The notes below the pieces were generated by a model that was given only the letters and a program-made list of their open reading frames with translations, ran no database searches and was not told where the DNA came from. A stretch of DNA of 64,000 nucleotides from Pocillopora damicornis (Eukaryota), in assembly GCF_003704095.1 (NCBI RefSeq), contig NW_020846753.1:186001-250000 (forward strand). The letters are read 5' to 3'. Position numbers and translations under genes: made by a program. How positions within the stretch are numbered: the stretch's first letter is position 1; each line of letters opens with the position of its first letter. Below, piece after piece: positions 48,101 to 62,632 of this stretch.

Positions 48101-51100
48101 ACAGCTAGTGTTACTCTGATGTGTTTCAAATGAGTAGAGAATAAAGAGTGTCTCCATATTAATTGTGCATACCATTAAGAATGTTTAAGGCCTGTTGCTT
48201 AGGTCACCTGTCTGCATTCATGAATTTTTCTAAAGTTCTTTTTCAAAATGCAACTTTAGGGATCTTAAGCCAGACAACCTTCTAATCTCCAATGAAGGAA
48301 AAATCAAGTTGACTGATTTTGGGTTGTCAAGGTTGACATTGGAAAGAAGTAAGTCTATTTTATCAATTGTGAATATGAATCATTCAAACGTCGAATAAAC
48401 CCACGATTTTTTTTTGGTGTTTTTTTGTTGTGCATCTGTTACCTTAACTTTTAATTTTAAATGCAGCAAGTTGTTTTTGACAACTTTCATTTATTGGAAG
48501 AAGTTGATAACCTTTGGATTGAACATGTCATAGAGATGTTCTGGTAAACTGTACCATGTAACCTCTCCCCATAATGTGAAAATGAATACCTCAAGAGGAT
48601 GTAATGGAATGTTCATTGTCTAGAGCCATCAGGAATTTGGTTTTTACTTAAAATCACTCTGTGATTGGATAACAAAACGTGCACCTCTTTCTAAGCTAAT
48701 CAGATTCAAAACTGGATATACTGGATCTATGCAGTACTGGATGTACTGGATTTATAGTAATTTGGCACGTTCACGTTTAAACGAGTCCTGTACTCACCAT
48801 GTAAAATGGATAAATAAAATACCTTCCTACCTACCAGAACCTGTCAGTTGTGCCTTTGTCACTTAAGTTTTGCCTCCCAACTTTGATATTTTACTGGAAT
48901 GAAGCTTTTTACCTTATGCTATTAGCTGCATACCCCTGACAACATAATCTTAAACCATTTTTCTTAGAACCTAGTTTCATTGATGTGATGAGCACACCAT
49001 CTCTGAACAAGAATGACAAGACTTCAGGTTCAAGTTTCTTTAGAACACCTGGTCAAGTAATGTCACTGACTTCCAATTTCACTTTTGTAAGTATACATAA
49101 TTTCATATTCAAGTTTATTTTGTTATCAGTAGTGATAATATTCGCCCAGGAGAACTAATAGATCTGAAATACTACCTAGTCGCTTCCTGCTGCACAAACC
49201 GCGGAGTTACGCTGGGGTAAATGTGCGTATACATAACAACTACATAATAAATCATCACCTGCGATGCGAACACCAAATTGTTTACATTCCGGTACGTAAA
49301 CATTTAAGCCAGCGGCGATTGTAATGAATTAATATGGCATATTCGCTTCATTATTCGCTTAGTAATACACGTGTTTCAATACCTTGTATAAGTGACATTT
49401 TCCTTTTCCTTCGAATTCATCAACACCTCAAATCAAGCAAATTCACTGCTACAGCTCGTTATTCGATAAATTTGTGACGCGACGTGCGACTGTGTAACAT
49501 TGTAGCTTAAAAGCTAATGAAAAATTCTTATTACGTAAATTTTCCGTCGTCGACTCGTCGCTTTCTCAAACCCAAAAGTTCTTTGTCTTACACAACAGTG
49601 TAACACGGCGGAAACTTATAGCTCTGAATAACAAGGGCACATAAGTCGCGCATTTTGTTCGACCGTGCGCGCACAAATATCGTATATATGCGTCTGACTA
49701 CACTACGTCTGAGCGTCTACGCAGTTAACATATGTCTGAGCGGTACTGTTGTGTGTCCCTTCCCGGATTACTCTAAACAAATTATTTTGGTGTTAAAATA
49801 ACGGGTCTTTTAGCAGTCTAAAACTAAAGGGAAACTAATGTTTGTGGTGTTAGTCATTGTCTGCGGCGAGACCAACGCAGAGGTCAAGACTAAACAGCAG
49901 TTGCTCATCACTGGAGGAACACATGGAAACCACACCCATAAGGCAGGTCACCCCGGTCTGCCGTGTTGACAAAATCCCTGGTGCAACTCCAACTGGGATT
50001 TTGGGACCTAACAGCCAAACTCCGCTCGCTGCTTCTGGAGGTAAATTCTTTAGATTTGTAAAATAACAGATTGGGGCCCAAGACTGGCCTTCTCTACTAA
50101 CGGAGTCGGATTTGTAATCAGAAGTGCACAGCAATGCGATCTGGTGAACTTCAAAATGACTGAATAGGAAGCAAATACTTATGCCGCTTATGACTCCTTC
50201 GCTCATGATCTAATGAAAACTACATCCTTGGAGTCATACAGTACTGTATCGGGATAGCCAGTGAACTTGCACTGTGGTTTTTTGACTATTTTCCTTCAGC
50301 TTGCGACTTTGACAATCGAGTTTTCAGGACATCTGCGGTGTCGCAGTCCAATTTTGATTTCAACGAGCTTATTAGTTAGATTAAAATTTAGACAAATCAT
50401 TGACTAATTTTCTTTTCTTCGTATGTTGGTTTGTACAGGTCAGGCCGTCAAAAAGCGAACCCAATTCTGCCCCAAAATCAGCCAAAAGACTTTTAACATT
50501 GACGATCCCCCTGGGACACCTCTGGTTGCGGATTTAATGCTGCACAAAAACGTGAGAAACAGATCGCCTGACGAAGAAAACCAACTGCCGGCCTCAAAGA
50601 GACTTCGACAGACTGGGCTGACCAGGGAAATCGATGCGTTAACGCTGAAGGAAATACGAAGGAGCTCGGAGAATGAGTCTCCAAGAGGCCCTTTGCAGGA
50701 GGTGTGTACACACCAACGACCCCTGGTAAAGGGAGCTGATATCATACCCGAGAATTCCCTTGTGCGCGACCAAAGCCCTCTGGAATATAAATGTGAAAGC
50801 GAGGGAAGGACAGCTTCCCGGGAGCAAGAAATTATCACTACTCCGAACCCCTCTAGTTGTGCACCGTTGGTCCTTAAGTTTTCCAGTCCACGTGAACGAG
50901 CAGGGACTATGATGGAATTTTTGAAAGAGAAAGGACAAGTAACTCCTAACAACGAATGCTTGGAGAAGGAGCAAGCCATGAGTACCTTTACACCTTTAAC
51001 ATCTATGACGCGTAGAATTACATCGCCTGGGATGCCTTCTACATCAGGTTATGACAGTGAAACGAGTAGTTCTTGTGAAGAAAGTAATGAACAGTACCAC

Positions 51101-54096
51101 AGGTATTCCAACGAAGCAGTTAACAGTGATTTAGAGAAAACTGATAAAGAATCGAGAGTAATTAGAACACTTGAACTAGCGGGAAATAGAGTAAATAACT
51201 TTGGTTCGAGAACATCTCAGAGGGCAGATACAAGCGGGAGTTCCGGTTTTAATTCAAGTGGAAGTCCATGTGTAAGAGAAGGAGAATTTACTGTTAATCA
51301 GACACCAGATAAATTGGAAATCGAAATCACAGATGAGATTTTACCAACCGTTGGTAATGATAAGAACAATAGCCTCTCGAGGCGCGAGAGCGGGATTGCA
51401 GTATTACCACCTTCACCAGATGTGAGCGACAGAAATGTAGACAACAGTTCAGCTGATGAAGTAGAGAATGAGAAGTTTTCATCACATCCTGTTAGTTTTA
51501 CGGCCGAAATTGATAAGTCCTCCTCTGAGTCGTGTCCTTCTCATCCACTCGAAAGAAGTTTGACAATCGACTTCGAAAATAAACAAAACGTAAGGCGCGT
51601 TAATTTGAAGCCAAGTGAAGATGATTATTTGAACAGAGGCGAAGTCTTTCATGGGGACAGTGAGGTGGAATCCTCGAGTCGCTCTCGTTGCATGACAATC
51701 CCTTTTGAGAACAGCGATCAAGAACACGAGGAAGAAGAGAAAAGTGTCACTCAGGCTCCAGGTTCTCACATGGACATTAGTTTACCTGTTACAATAACTT
51801 CTGAATCGCCGATGGATGTTACTTTTCAGAGTAGCTCAAGCTTGAAAAGTACCCCAGGCCCCATGGAAGTGTCCAACCAGTGGCACCACACCTCAGCCCC
51901 TCTCATTCGGACACCTTTTAGGACCCCTAAGTCTTGTAGACGAGGAAAGCGGCCCACATCGTCGCCACCCAAGAACAGAATCTTGGGAACCCCAGACTAC
52001 CTCGCACCAGAAATACTCTTGGGAAATGAGCACAGTAAGTTTGGCATAAAAATTTTTTACCTGTCATTAAGACTTTGACTGTAAGAAAGAACATCATCTC
52101 TGAGTAATTGAGGGGTTTAAGTAAATGACTTAATAAATTCTGGATAACCAATCGTTTGCAAAAGCAGAAGATCAGAATGTTACAGCTAGAAAAACTGGGT
52201 TGCATAGAAAACTCAGAAAAATTATTTCTCGAATAATTTTTCATTTCATCTCCTTCAAAACACCAGAAACATCTTCTTTTGCACCTTCTCGACCTCGTAG
52301 TTTCCATTTCTAGACCGCTTTTTACCCGATCCCTCGGTCACTTCATTTTTGAACGAAGTCAAACCACACAATAAACCGGCTTATCAAACCAGTAAAGTCA
52401 AAATCACCACAAAATCCTTAGCTTGCAAACATAAGGATGTTGAAATGATGTACATGTAACGACTTATCCCACGACTATTTTTCGAAGAAGTGTGTGGCTT
52501 TATCTGAGGTGATTTGATCAAAATCTTTTTTTTCCTAAGCCCCAGCAGTGGACTGGTGGTCCCTAGGGGTATGTTTGTACGAGTTCCTTACGGGAGTTCC
52601 GCCATTCAACGACGACACACCTGAGCTGGTCTTTAGTCATATTATGCAAAGAGGTAAGATATTTGGGGTTGTAGTTGAGTCGTGCACAAAGTACGTGTAC
52701 GAGCAAACAGCGATGCAATGTGATGTTTTAAATTTATGTAATCGTTTTACGTTGAAGAATTACTGTGGCCAGAGGGAGAAGAGGCGCTGTCCCAGAATGC
52801 AGTAGATGCTGTGGAACGCATCCTTATTCTTGAGGCAGAGCAGAGACCTGGTGCTAAAGGTTTNNNNNNNNNNNNNNNNNNNNNNNNNNNNNNNNNNNNN
52901 NNNNNNNNNNNNNNNNNNNNNNNNNNNNNNNNNNNNNNNNNNNNNNNNNNNNNNNNNNNNNNNNNNNNNNNNNNNNNNNNNNNNNNNNNNNNNNNNNNNN
53001 NNNNNNNNNNNNNNNNNNNNNNNNNNNNNNNNNNNNNNNNNNNNNNNNNNNNNNNNNNNNNNNNNNNNNNNNNNNNNNNNNNNNNNNNNNNNNNNNNNNN
53101 NNNNNNNNNNNNNNNNNNNNNNNNNNNNNNNNNNNNNNNNNNNNNNNNNNNNNNNNNNNNNNNNNNNNNNNNNNNNNNNNNNNNNNNNNNNNNNNNNNNN
53201 NNNNNNNNNNNNNNNNNNNNNNNNNNNNNNNNNNNNNNNNNNNNNNNNNNNNNNNNNNNNNNNNNNNNNNNNNNNNNNNNNNNNNNNNNNNNNNNNNNNN
53301 NNNNNNNNNNNNNNNNNNNNNNNNNNNNNNNNNNNNNNNNNNNNNNNNNNNNNNNNNNNNNNNNNNNNTCCGTACTTTTAATTCATAATTCGTTAACACC
53401 AAATGCATTTCGTTTCAGTGACGTTTTATTTTTTTCGTTCTTTTCGTTTTAGAGATAGAAAGCCTTCCGTTCTTTTCAAATATGGATTGGTCTTCGATTC
53501 ATAATCATCCCCCTCCTTTTGTGCCTCACCCAGATGACATAACTGACACCATTTATTTTCACGGTAGGTCCATTTTTCATTTCGGTCATCTCGGGTGTTC
53601 ATGCAGCAAACTAATGTATTTAACAAGTTGCCGATAGGAGAATATAATTCTAAAATGTATTGCACTCGAGCCCAGTGACCTTCACCGTTGGAGCTCATCC
53701 CAGTTTTCATGGCACAAAGCACGAAGCGGTCAGTAGGTAGTGTTGTCACTCCTTCTGGATGGTGATGAAGTGGTTTACCTCACCCTCCTCCCAACCTACT
53801 GAAACTGCTGTTCTGTGAGACATCTTTCCCTTTGAACACAACACAAATGTTACGGGCAGCATGACTCTCACTTGTACTTTTTGATCCGGATTTTAGAAGT
53901 GTAATTGCAATTTTAGGCCGCCATGTATCTTGAGGTGAATCTTTCACTTTTTCATCGGTTCAACCCAATTGAAAATTAACAATAAGGTAAGACGCAGACA
54001 CACCTAGTTAAACTTGCTCCTTTGTTCAATTGTTTCTTTGTTTTTGCAGCAAGAAACACGATGCAGAATCTTCGAATGTCGTCCTTTAGCCACTGA
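45113..54096 (+). CDS. MASTL: Serine/threonine-protein kinase greatwall (~933 aa)
   Basis: 14 exons: 45113-45160, 45411-45466, 45960-46060, 46326-46417, 46846-46938, 47649-47695, 48260-48348, 48968-49086, 49854-50040, 50439-52034, 52540-52653, 52758-52859, 53453-53563, 54050-54096. Motifs [24 protein letters not shown] and RTPGQVMSL; a very long insert between DFG and GTPDYLAPE; C-terminus [14 protein letters not shown]. Confidence 0.95.
46436..46645. mobile_element. MITE with TTAACCTTTA/TAAAGGTTAA terminal inverted repeats in MASTL intron
   Basis: 10-bp TIRs. The internal GATCATTTCCTTTATTCTTGTGAC is shared with 8783-8970, and a similar TAAAGGGTTAA end occurs at ~34877. Confidence 0.65.
47329..47545 (+). 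repeat. Degenerate SINE-body-like repeat (related fragments on the opposite strand at ~2894-3090 and ~53665-53900)
   Basis: Recognised from memory as resembling a common cnidarian SINE core; mutual similarity is weak and was judged by eye. Confidence 0.35.
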
Positions 54097-57000
54097 ACAA
54101 AATGGTTCGCTATTGAACTCGTTCTTCATTCATCAGATTGCAACGAACTGCGTAATTTCCAAGCTTGATTGAGAGTTTTTCTGTTTATGTTGCTTTGTGC
54201 TTATGAAGCCGTAAAATCACCTGTAAGAATCCATTGAGCTTACAGCAACAGTTCTGTAATCATTTCAGTTTCCATGGCATCTAGTTGCAAAAATATATCT
54301 TTCATGAATGTATTAGTGATTTTGTATGATATAATGATTATAATTATTTTCTCTCATGATAGAAAAGCGTTGACATTTCATGCACCCAGAGTGCCTGCAA
54401 TAAATCAGTCTCGCTTTGTTATTTGTTTGTTGATGTTTTTACGTTTTGTTCCACCAGTGTACCAAACAAGCCTGGTTTTTTGAAATCTTTATCCTGCAGT
54501 TACGTTCAGTGACTTTGTCCCTCTCCAGTGACTTTGCCCTAACCACCCGTATTACCCAGTGGCCCCTCCCCGCCCCTCCTACACCTTAATCTTACCATTT
54601 TGTTTGTGTACTCAGACATGTGCACAACAATCTAACTTATCACTCTCGTTTCCTTAAATCTCACTCATCCATTGTAAAGTGGGCGATCAGTATTTTAGTC
54701 AACAATGTGAGCATTGAATGGGTAAAGTTGTGTCTCTCCTCGCCTGACCTCCTCGCATGACGCTCAAACTTTTGCTCGAATTGATTTTTTTTTTCGCTTT
54801 ACGATACTCAAGGTTGAATCATGTAGGATGTAGAATGTAGACATTACACAAATTAAATTGATGATGTCTGTTTGGATAATTCGATCGTTGCTATCAAGTA
54901 ATCAGTGCTGTTGATATTTCCTTGAATATCGTATGCGTGTTATAAATATCTCTCATTTTTGTCACAATTTTCCCGTCCTCTTAGTAGAATTATTGTGGTA
55001 ATATATTGCCTTTACTCCAACTTGCAGCTTATCTCGACACATTCGCCAACAAGATATGCCTGTATGCGTTACTACGATTGTTTTTCATTTTGTTTTGCCA
55101 CTAAAATGATCAAAATACCTCTTTGTATTGGGGGAGGATGGAACTTGATGAGGAAAAATCTTGCTAAAATATTGTTTGGTTTTCCTCTTCAATCTGTCAA
55201 AATTTCTTCTTGATTCAACTTCCTTTTATCCATTGATATCTGAAGGTTTTTATGTCTTATTACAATACTGGCGAAATGCCAAACAGCTTGTCTTGCAAAG
55301 TTATTCCGAGAAGTTTTCTGTTTTTCACTGTTAATAAACCGACTTGACCCATTTTTTCTTCATGAAAGGCCAATTTTCAGTATAAATTGGGTTTTTGTTA
55401 CTCAGAAATTACTTGACGTCAATTCAAACTGATTGGTATTGATTATCAACTGATTTTTTAAAATGAAATCTCTAGTTCAGAGTTTATCGTTATCGAAAAT
55501 CGCATCAAGTTTCAGGTCAGAGCACTATTAACTCGACTTTCAGCGCGGAAGGAAGTATGAAACATTAAAAAACTCGAAGTTTTGCGAATAGGTGCGTTGA
55601 TGAATTGAAAAATGCCGAGTTTTTCTTTTTCGAGACATTGTCGATTGTCTTGAGGTAATCTAGAATTTGCTGATAACGAATGAATGATGAACAACACTCC
55701 TCTCCTCTACGCAGCTTGAGAAACTCGATCGCGGTAAGCCATGACAGTGTGTATTTGAACGTGACAAAAATTCTCCCTCTAAAAGCCAAAATCGCTCGTG
55801 ACAAATGCAACTGTCAAAGAAAGCTTGTCTTTTTAAAAGCATTATCAAAGAGAAATAATCGATGGCACTTAATTAAAAAAAATCTGGAGGTTTATTTCAC
55901 TACAAACCTTTCTAATTTCCTTCCTCTGTAAAGTCGCCACTACAAAAGAAATTTTCGTTATTTTAAGTTTTCCTTATCACGTCCTCTTATTTAAATACTG
56001 CCTCGTCAGTTTCACGATATTGAGAATTTTTGAAATAAAGTCGCTCTTTTTCTTTCACTTACACTGGCAAAGAAAATCTTTGATTATTTGAAAACTTGTC
56101 AAATAGAAATGTGACCGTTTTACAAAAATGAGGAGAGAACTCTCGGTTAGAGCTCAATTCAGTAGCAGTTACGAGGTAATAAAATATTTAGAAAAAAGAA
56201 AAAATAATAACCTCGCGTTTAACAATCACTGATGAGCTAACCTTATGAATGACAATTTTCCCGACGTCGGTTTTTATCAACAAACCTAACAATTAAATGA
56301 AACGTGATCACGGTACCCTGATTGTTATTTTATACCTTAGGGCAATTTTCAATCCATCTCTTCCTTTAAGGAGCGCCGCTCGATAGAAAATCGCCTTATT
56401 TATCAACGTGAGCCATAAGCAAACTAACTTTCGTCTTCGTTGAAATAAGCCGGCGTTTATTCTCCAATCGGTTTGGTTAAATTAGAAGGTTGAGTCGGTA
56501 AGTGAATACATTTCAATTGGAAGTGTTGTTTTTATCCGATGTACATCTCTTCCTCGTCCGTGATATTGAATGGCGTCTCTCCTCTAGCCTAGATTGGTAA
56601 AACTTTCCACATTGGCTCATTTACAAGTACCTACACCCATAACACGTGCAGAGAGTCTGTGAGGAGCTCCCACCGGCATTTTTTATAAATCCTTAGGAAA
56701 TTGTATGTAAACTAACAAGGCTAGAGAAGGAAATTTTAATACGTAGAATGTCATGTCTCTTTTCAGTGCTCTGTCATTACAGGAGGTGAGGAGTTTCGAA
56801 ATGGTTTTCTTACAACCTACTAAAGCAAGTCTAAAAAATATGCAGTCTTTCTCTTGTGACAAATTTACTTGAAGAGCGAAACTGAAGCTTTCTTAAGTTT
56901 TTTTTTTTGTTTTTTTTTTGTTTTTTTTTTGTCGTTTGTTTTTTATTACCTTTATTGATTTGGAGTTGAATGAGACGAAAATCAAAGATTATCTGGCAAA

Positions 57001-60000
57001 TTTGCCGAACTAACGGCAGCAGATGTATATTACTTTGGTGAAAGAGAGAAGTGGTGTGGGATTTACAATAAGGTATTAACTTTACAAATTCTTTACAGAC
57101 AAGCAAACGACGCTGAAGGAAAAAGCACTTGAAGATTACGAATGTTGTCAATTAATTTCTGGCCATCTGTGTAGTATTGAATTTATCTCTAGGCACAAGA
57201 AGCTCGCTGAAACTTAAAACGGAAGAAATGACTTGAGTCAGCCGCATAACTAATCTGAAATGGATAATAGAGATTTAAATTCAGACTTTTAACGAATGCA
57301 CTAATTAAAAAAGGTAAAAATTTTCGTTAAGCCTGCGTGGGATAAAAACCGTTCGATCGAAAATCGTTAAAGCTTTCGAAAGTGGCTTAAAAATGTCACC
57401 TTCACTTTTTTTAAAAGTTCTCTCCCGAATTAGGTTGAATTTTTCTAGGAAATAATTCCAGTTAATGACTGTGTTGAGAATTATCGTTTTCTTTTCCTTT
57501 CTGTTGTGTTTTGTTTTATTCTAATATTTAAATTCTACAGAAACTAAGCATTTCTATGCCTTCGAAGGATATAGTTCAATCATCACCTGAACGATGGTTT
57601 GTGCCTCTCGAGGCCAACCGGCATGCAGTTCTGTAACCATGATCCTTGGGCCGCCAGCTGCAGCCCACTAATAGCCTTCCCACCCTCCCACCCCCATTCA
57701 AATGTTCCCGTTGCCTGTGGCGGGTTATCGACATGTGTTGAAACTCTAAATTCGATAACATCGAAAGCAGATAAGTTATGAGGAGCAATAGATTTTGATA
57801 ACTGATTTTTTTTAACTGTATATTGTTAATTTGCCGCGTCGAGAGGGAACCTTTAAAACGACGAATTCCGGTTTGTTTGGTTCGATTTGATTCATAGGCC
57901 ACATAATGCTTGCGTGACCCAGTTTTTGCATCGAATTTGAACATCTTAATGATGTAGGTAAAACGAAGGAATGCACCAATGAAACCGAACAAAAACACAT
58001 AAATAGAGGATAGTCATCGCGCTAGGGGCAATCGGCAATGGCACGAATGATTCAGTTAATCGAAATCATAGCTTTACAGTAACTGAAAGCACTCGAAACG
58101 TCCCCTATCTACATTTGATCATGATATGGTAAGGTTTGGTAACTCTCTCGTATCGTTGTGGCAAAGTTAAAAAGGGCTGGTTCGAGATCGATTCATCTTA
58201 TGTTTTCAAAAAGCTTAATTCAAAGTATATTTTAGCGGGTTACTTTCTTCAAAAGGCGATGTTTCAATGGCAGTTTCAGTGTCTATAACAACTCCAATTT
58301 TAGATGGAGTGAATCAAGGTCTAGACTTAGGAAAGTTAAACCTGTTATTTGCAAAATTATGGAAAATTCGTTCGGCTGATCGACCAAATTTATTGCGCTT
58401 TACATCACAAGCCTTCTGAGGGAGGATTCTTCCTCTCTTGAAAATCGTCGTTTAAGTTAAGGGTCATACAATTTTAATTTCACGAAGGTCATCATGGAAA
58501 CGCATCCTTCAAAACAGAACGGTCCAATTTCGTCTCTCATCGTTTTTTTGTTGTTGTTGTTGTTGTTGTTGAAGAAATTGAGAGTCGGCATTCGACCGTT
58601 ACAACTTACTCAATTTATTCTAAATGAAAGAAAATTTTTCCTTACTCGAGTAAACAGCCACTAAAGGGCACAAGTGTAGGACAACCGTCTCTCTTAATTT
58701 TCATGACAATGACAGCTGGCTAATTTAAAGTTATCACAACTTCACTCGAACAAACCAAATAAACAAAACCAAAGCTCTCCTCTCTTCTTTGTTCTTTGTT
58801 TATTTATCTTTATTGACTTGACGATGATGTGTATAAAGGTTCGTAATGAACTTAGAGTAAAGCAGGCAACATGTTCCTTAGATCAGAATTATTAAAATTA
58901 TTGGATGCAAAATATCTATCTCCAGTCTTTCTGGAAAGTTTTCCTAGAAAAGTTTAAAATCAGGACTCTTAGTAGACTGATAGTTCAGCAGTTTGTTTTA
59001 ACATACTGCTGAAAGAAGAAAACTCACATCAAACAGATATGTATAAAACATCTCCCAGGTGTAAGTTTTTTTTCTCTTCCTGTCTGTCTTTTCTTTTCAA
59101 TATTTTTTACTACCGACGATCGATAAGGATGCAAAACGAAAAGTGTTAACTAGCTACGAAAATTTTCATTATAATTTCAACGCACACAATTAATTATCAT
59201 CTCACGTGAAGCTGAAAGAAATGACCCATGTTAATCGTATACTTTAGCTAGTACTTTTGTTCTTTCCAACTAGTTTGTTGATGTCTCCATTGAGAATTAA
59301 AAGAAGTAGCTAATTATTCGCAAGACTACACAATAACAATAAAAACGAGGTTTGAAGAGAAACGCAAAAGCAGTAAGCGGAATGCAGGATAAATGATGCT
59401 TTTCAAATTTCAAGATGGAAAACAGGTAGGCCCTCTGACCTTTTTAAGACATGAAAATTAGTACACTCTACTCAGTGGAAACAAAACATTTATCCATATT
59501 TCAATCCTCGTAGCAAAAGGGGGTTGAACCGCATGCCAGGTTGAGTTCTGCTTGAATTCTTTCTCTTTAACTGAACTCCACTCAGTGCAACTAATGTAAA
59601 ATACGATATGCCAAGAATCAGAGAATTTTGTATTTTCAGCCAATTTTTAAGAATTTTGTCATTATGGAAATATTTTACCATAGTGTAAAGACTTTGAATT
59701 GAGTTAAGACAGCATAGGGGATGAAAATTCGCAGTATAGAGCGTTTCTAAGAAAACATCTCGTAGTGTGATTGAACGACGGACTGAAAACAGTTTTGACT
59801 ATGATAAAAGGAAATTGATTCAAAATTTTATTAGGAAACTACTGAAGACAATGTGGAGGGTAGTTAGTAATTATGTTTACAAATTGATCGGATATTTCCA
59901 GCGGTTACACTCCACGCTCATAGAGCAGGTGTAAAACCATCCCTTTATAGTTAGCTTAGAAAGAAATCGTCTGCCGTGAATAACCAGTTCCCATCTTGTT

Positions 60001-62632
60001 TTAGCTTAACTTAGCTTGTGAAAGCTAACTTAACTTAGCTTGTTTCTTTTTTTCTGTAATAAAGAATCATAGAAATTCCTTGGAAGAGATTTTTTTTTAA
60101 TTTGCTTCTCAGTCTTCCTTTAAAAAAAAACTTTAAATTGGATCATTGGAAAAGGAATAACTTACCTACCTTTTTCCATTTTGATTGTCGCTAGGCTCAG
60201 TGCGTTTTTAATTTTTATGAGGAAGGCGGAAAACAAGCAGTCACATAGACAGACGTCTGTCATTCAGCTTGTACACAAGTCTAAACAAATTGACAGGGTT
60301 TTTAGGAGTGGATGCATGTTACGTCAAATTCTATTCGCTCGCGCGTGATTAAAAACTGACATCTTGTAAATGACATATGTAGACTGATAAAGTAGAACTT
60401 TAAAATTCTTGCCCTCTTTTAAACTTCAGTGCGTGTTGAAGTATCCGTTCTTCTAAATAATATTGTTCTGGTTACATTTGTAAAACGAGGGCTTCGTGAC
60501 AAAGGTATTCACCTTATATTCTCAAGGTAGTTAAGTGTCGATTTAAATGAAGTTTAGCTGGTGTATGCATAAGGATCAAAATAGTGAATATTTTGAGACT
60601 GTAAATTAGTTCTGTACTAATTGCTTTCTTCTGGCAAGCGCGTATAATGATAATTTTACTCATTAAGCGGAAATGACTCTTACAAAAGCCGAAATGTTTT
60701 CCGGCAACTTTAATTGCTTTCGAGGTACTAACGCACACAGTCAAATTAAAAAGCTATCGATCGAATCCCTCTTTCATGAAGACTTCTTGTCTAGCAAGAG
60801 ACGATTTTTACACAAAAATCAAGAGTCGCACATGGATAACTGGATGATCCCCAACCGGACGCCTTAAAGGAATAACATTTGACTCGGTGGGTAAAATTAA
60901 TTCGCATCCAGGTGAGCTCTGACATACTTCATCATTGGGAATTGTTTAAAACAATTGCACTGCTGGAAACGGGTGTCAAACAGGAATCGCTGCAGTGCAA
61001 AATCTAAAGCTTTTGGCAGCTTTAATTATCAGGCTGGAAATAACGCTTTGATATTACAGACTTGGTGACGCCTTGGTGATTTTATTGTGGTTAAGTGCGG
61101 ACATTATTTTAGGCCGCGAAGCAAACTAGTTAGTTTCGTTATACGAGAAACAAATTCCTCTTCAGAAGCCGTAAAATAAGACCTTTCGACTAATTCCAAC
61201 GAGGATTATAAAACCATGTTTGAAATTTGTCGAGGACAGCCATAAGATGACGATGATTCCGACTCTCTTGAGCAAATACGAGAGGCCTTCTTGGAAGAAG
61301 GCGACAGAGCATACAAATGGTACGAGGGCATCTGTTTCAATTTGAAAACAAATTGGAGCAATATTGACCATGACAGAAATTTCAATGGCTAATGCGTGAA
61401 AATTTATTCTTAACAAGTTATACAACCTTCGGTGAGAGATTTATTGAGGCCTAAACACAAAACACTGCTTTTTTGTGAAAGCTCTTAGAACCCCCTGCCA
61501 GAAAGGGGAAAATTGTTACAGCTTGAAAAAGAAAATATAGATAACCTTCTTAAATTATATTCGCCAACCTTATATAAATTTCTAACCTCTAAATAAAACA
61601 TCATTATGGAGGTTTCCAGGTAGTTGTAATCAGTTGAGCAAGAAAAGGTATTTGAAGGAAAATACCGGCCAATGAAAGCACGGGGAATTTGGGCTGCATT
61701 CACCACATGAATTTCGTGTTAAGAACGAAGACTCATGAATTAATGTTTCCGTCATTACGACTATTACAGGGCTTATTAGCCGGGCACTGCAAGGTTTGTA
61801 AAATACTAGCGAATAAATTTTTAGAAACACTTTACTTGAAAGTGAGTAGGGAATTGATCATGACTGAGCCAAGAGGATTTTGAAAAATTCAGAGCTCTAA
61901 GCTACAATAAGTTAACGATGAGCCTGTTGGAAATTGAAGATTCTTAATCAGTCGAATACGAAAAAACCTCCTACAGGCTAATCAACCTTGTGGAAATCTT
62001 CTTGTACGCAGCCAACAAAAGAAATATTTTGTTGTCTTCCAACGTGAGTGCAAAATTTATAGTAGAAATTAGTCGTAGTTGGTTGAAAAAAATTATGGTG
62101 TATTTTCAAATGTTTATTCTTATTATATCTCAAAATCCCTCAAGCAATTTCCTAATTTGAGTTTCTCATTTTAAGTTGTTTCTTAAAAAGCCTGGCAGTT
62201 GTTAACGTTAAATCTTCGAGTGAAACTTAATTTACAACATCAAGATTTTTCCTAACATCGTACAGGTTAAGTTAGTACTTACGAAGTACTTTCTGCTCCT
62301 AACAAAACTTATGATTTAAAGAGAATACAGTTTAGTGAGTGAAGCATGATGTTGCTTGGTAATGCGGAAGACCCTTCTGATGACGTTTAAACGATTTCAA
62401 GCTGTCCCTGACCCTGTCTGGTCAAATTTCACGAGATGTCATTTTTAATATCAGCACTGTGTTACCAAAAGAAATTGCTTCATCAAAGCAATTGATAATT
62501 ATGACTAGTTAGTAAAAATATTTTGAAATATGATATTAAGAATTTGAATATATATATCATTTGTTGGCCCTCGTGAGTAATGTTTCTAGCTATTTGTGTT
62601 GTTTTTTCGTGTCACAGGTATATAATCACACA

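Noticed and set aside
52806-53452. ORFs of ~190-210 aa
   Set aside because: They consist almost entirely of N-gap within a MASTL intron; the flanking exons join in frame without it.
54200-62500. Short ORFs between MASTL and the class C GPCR
   Set aside because: There are no recognisable domains or consistent splice patterns. This is probably intergenic DNA or 5' UTR introns; a possible TATA at ~58832 and donor at ~59061 are unsupported.
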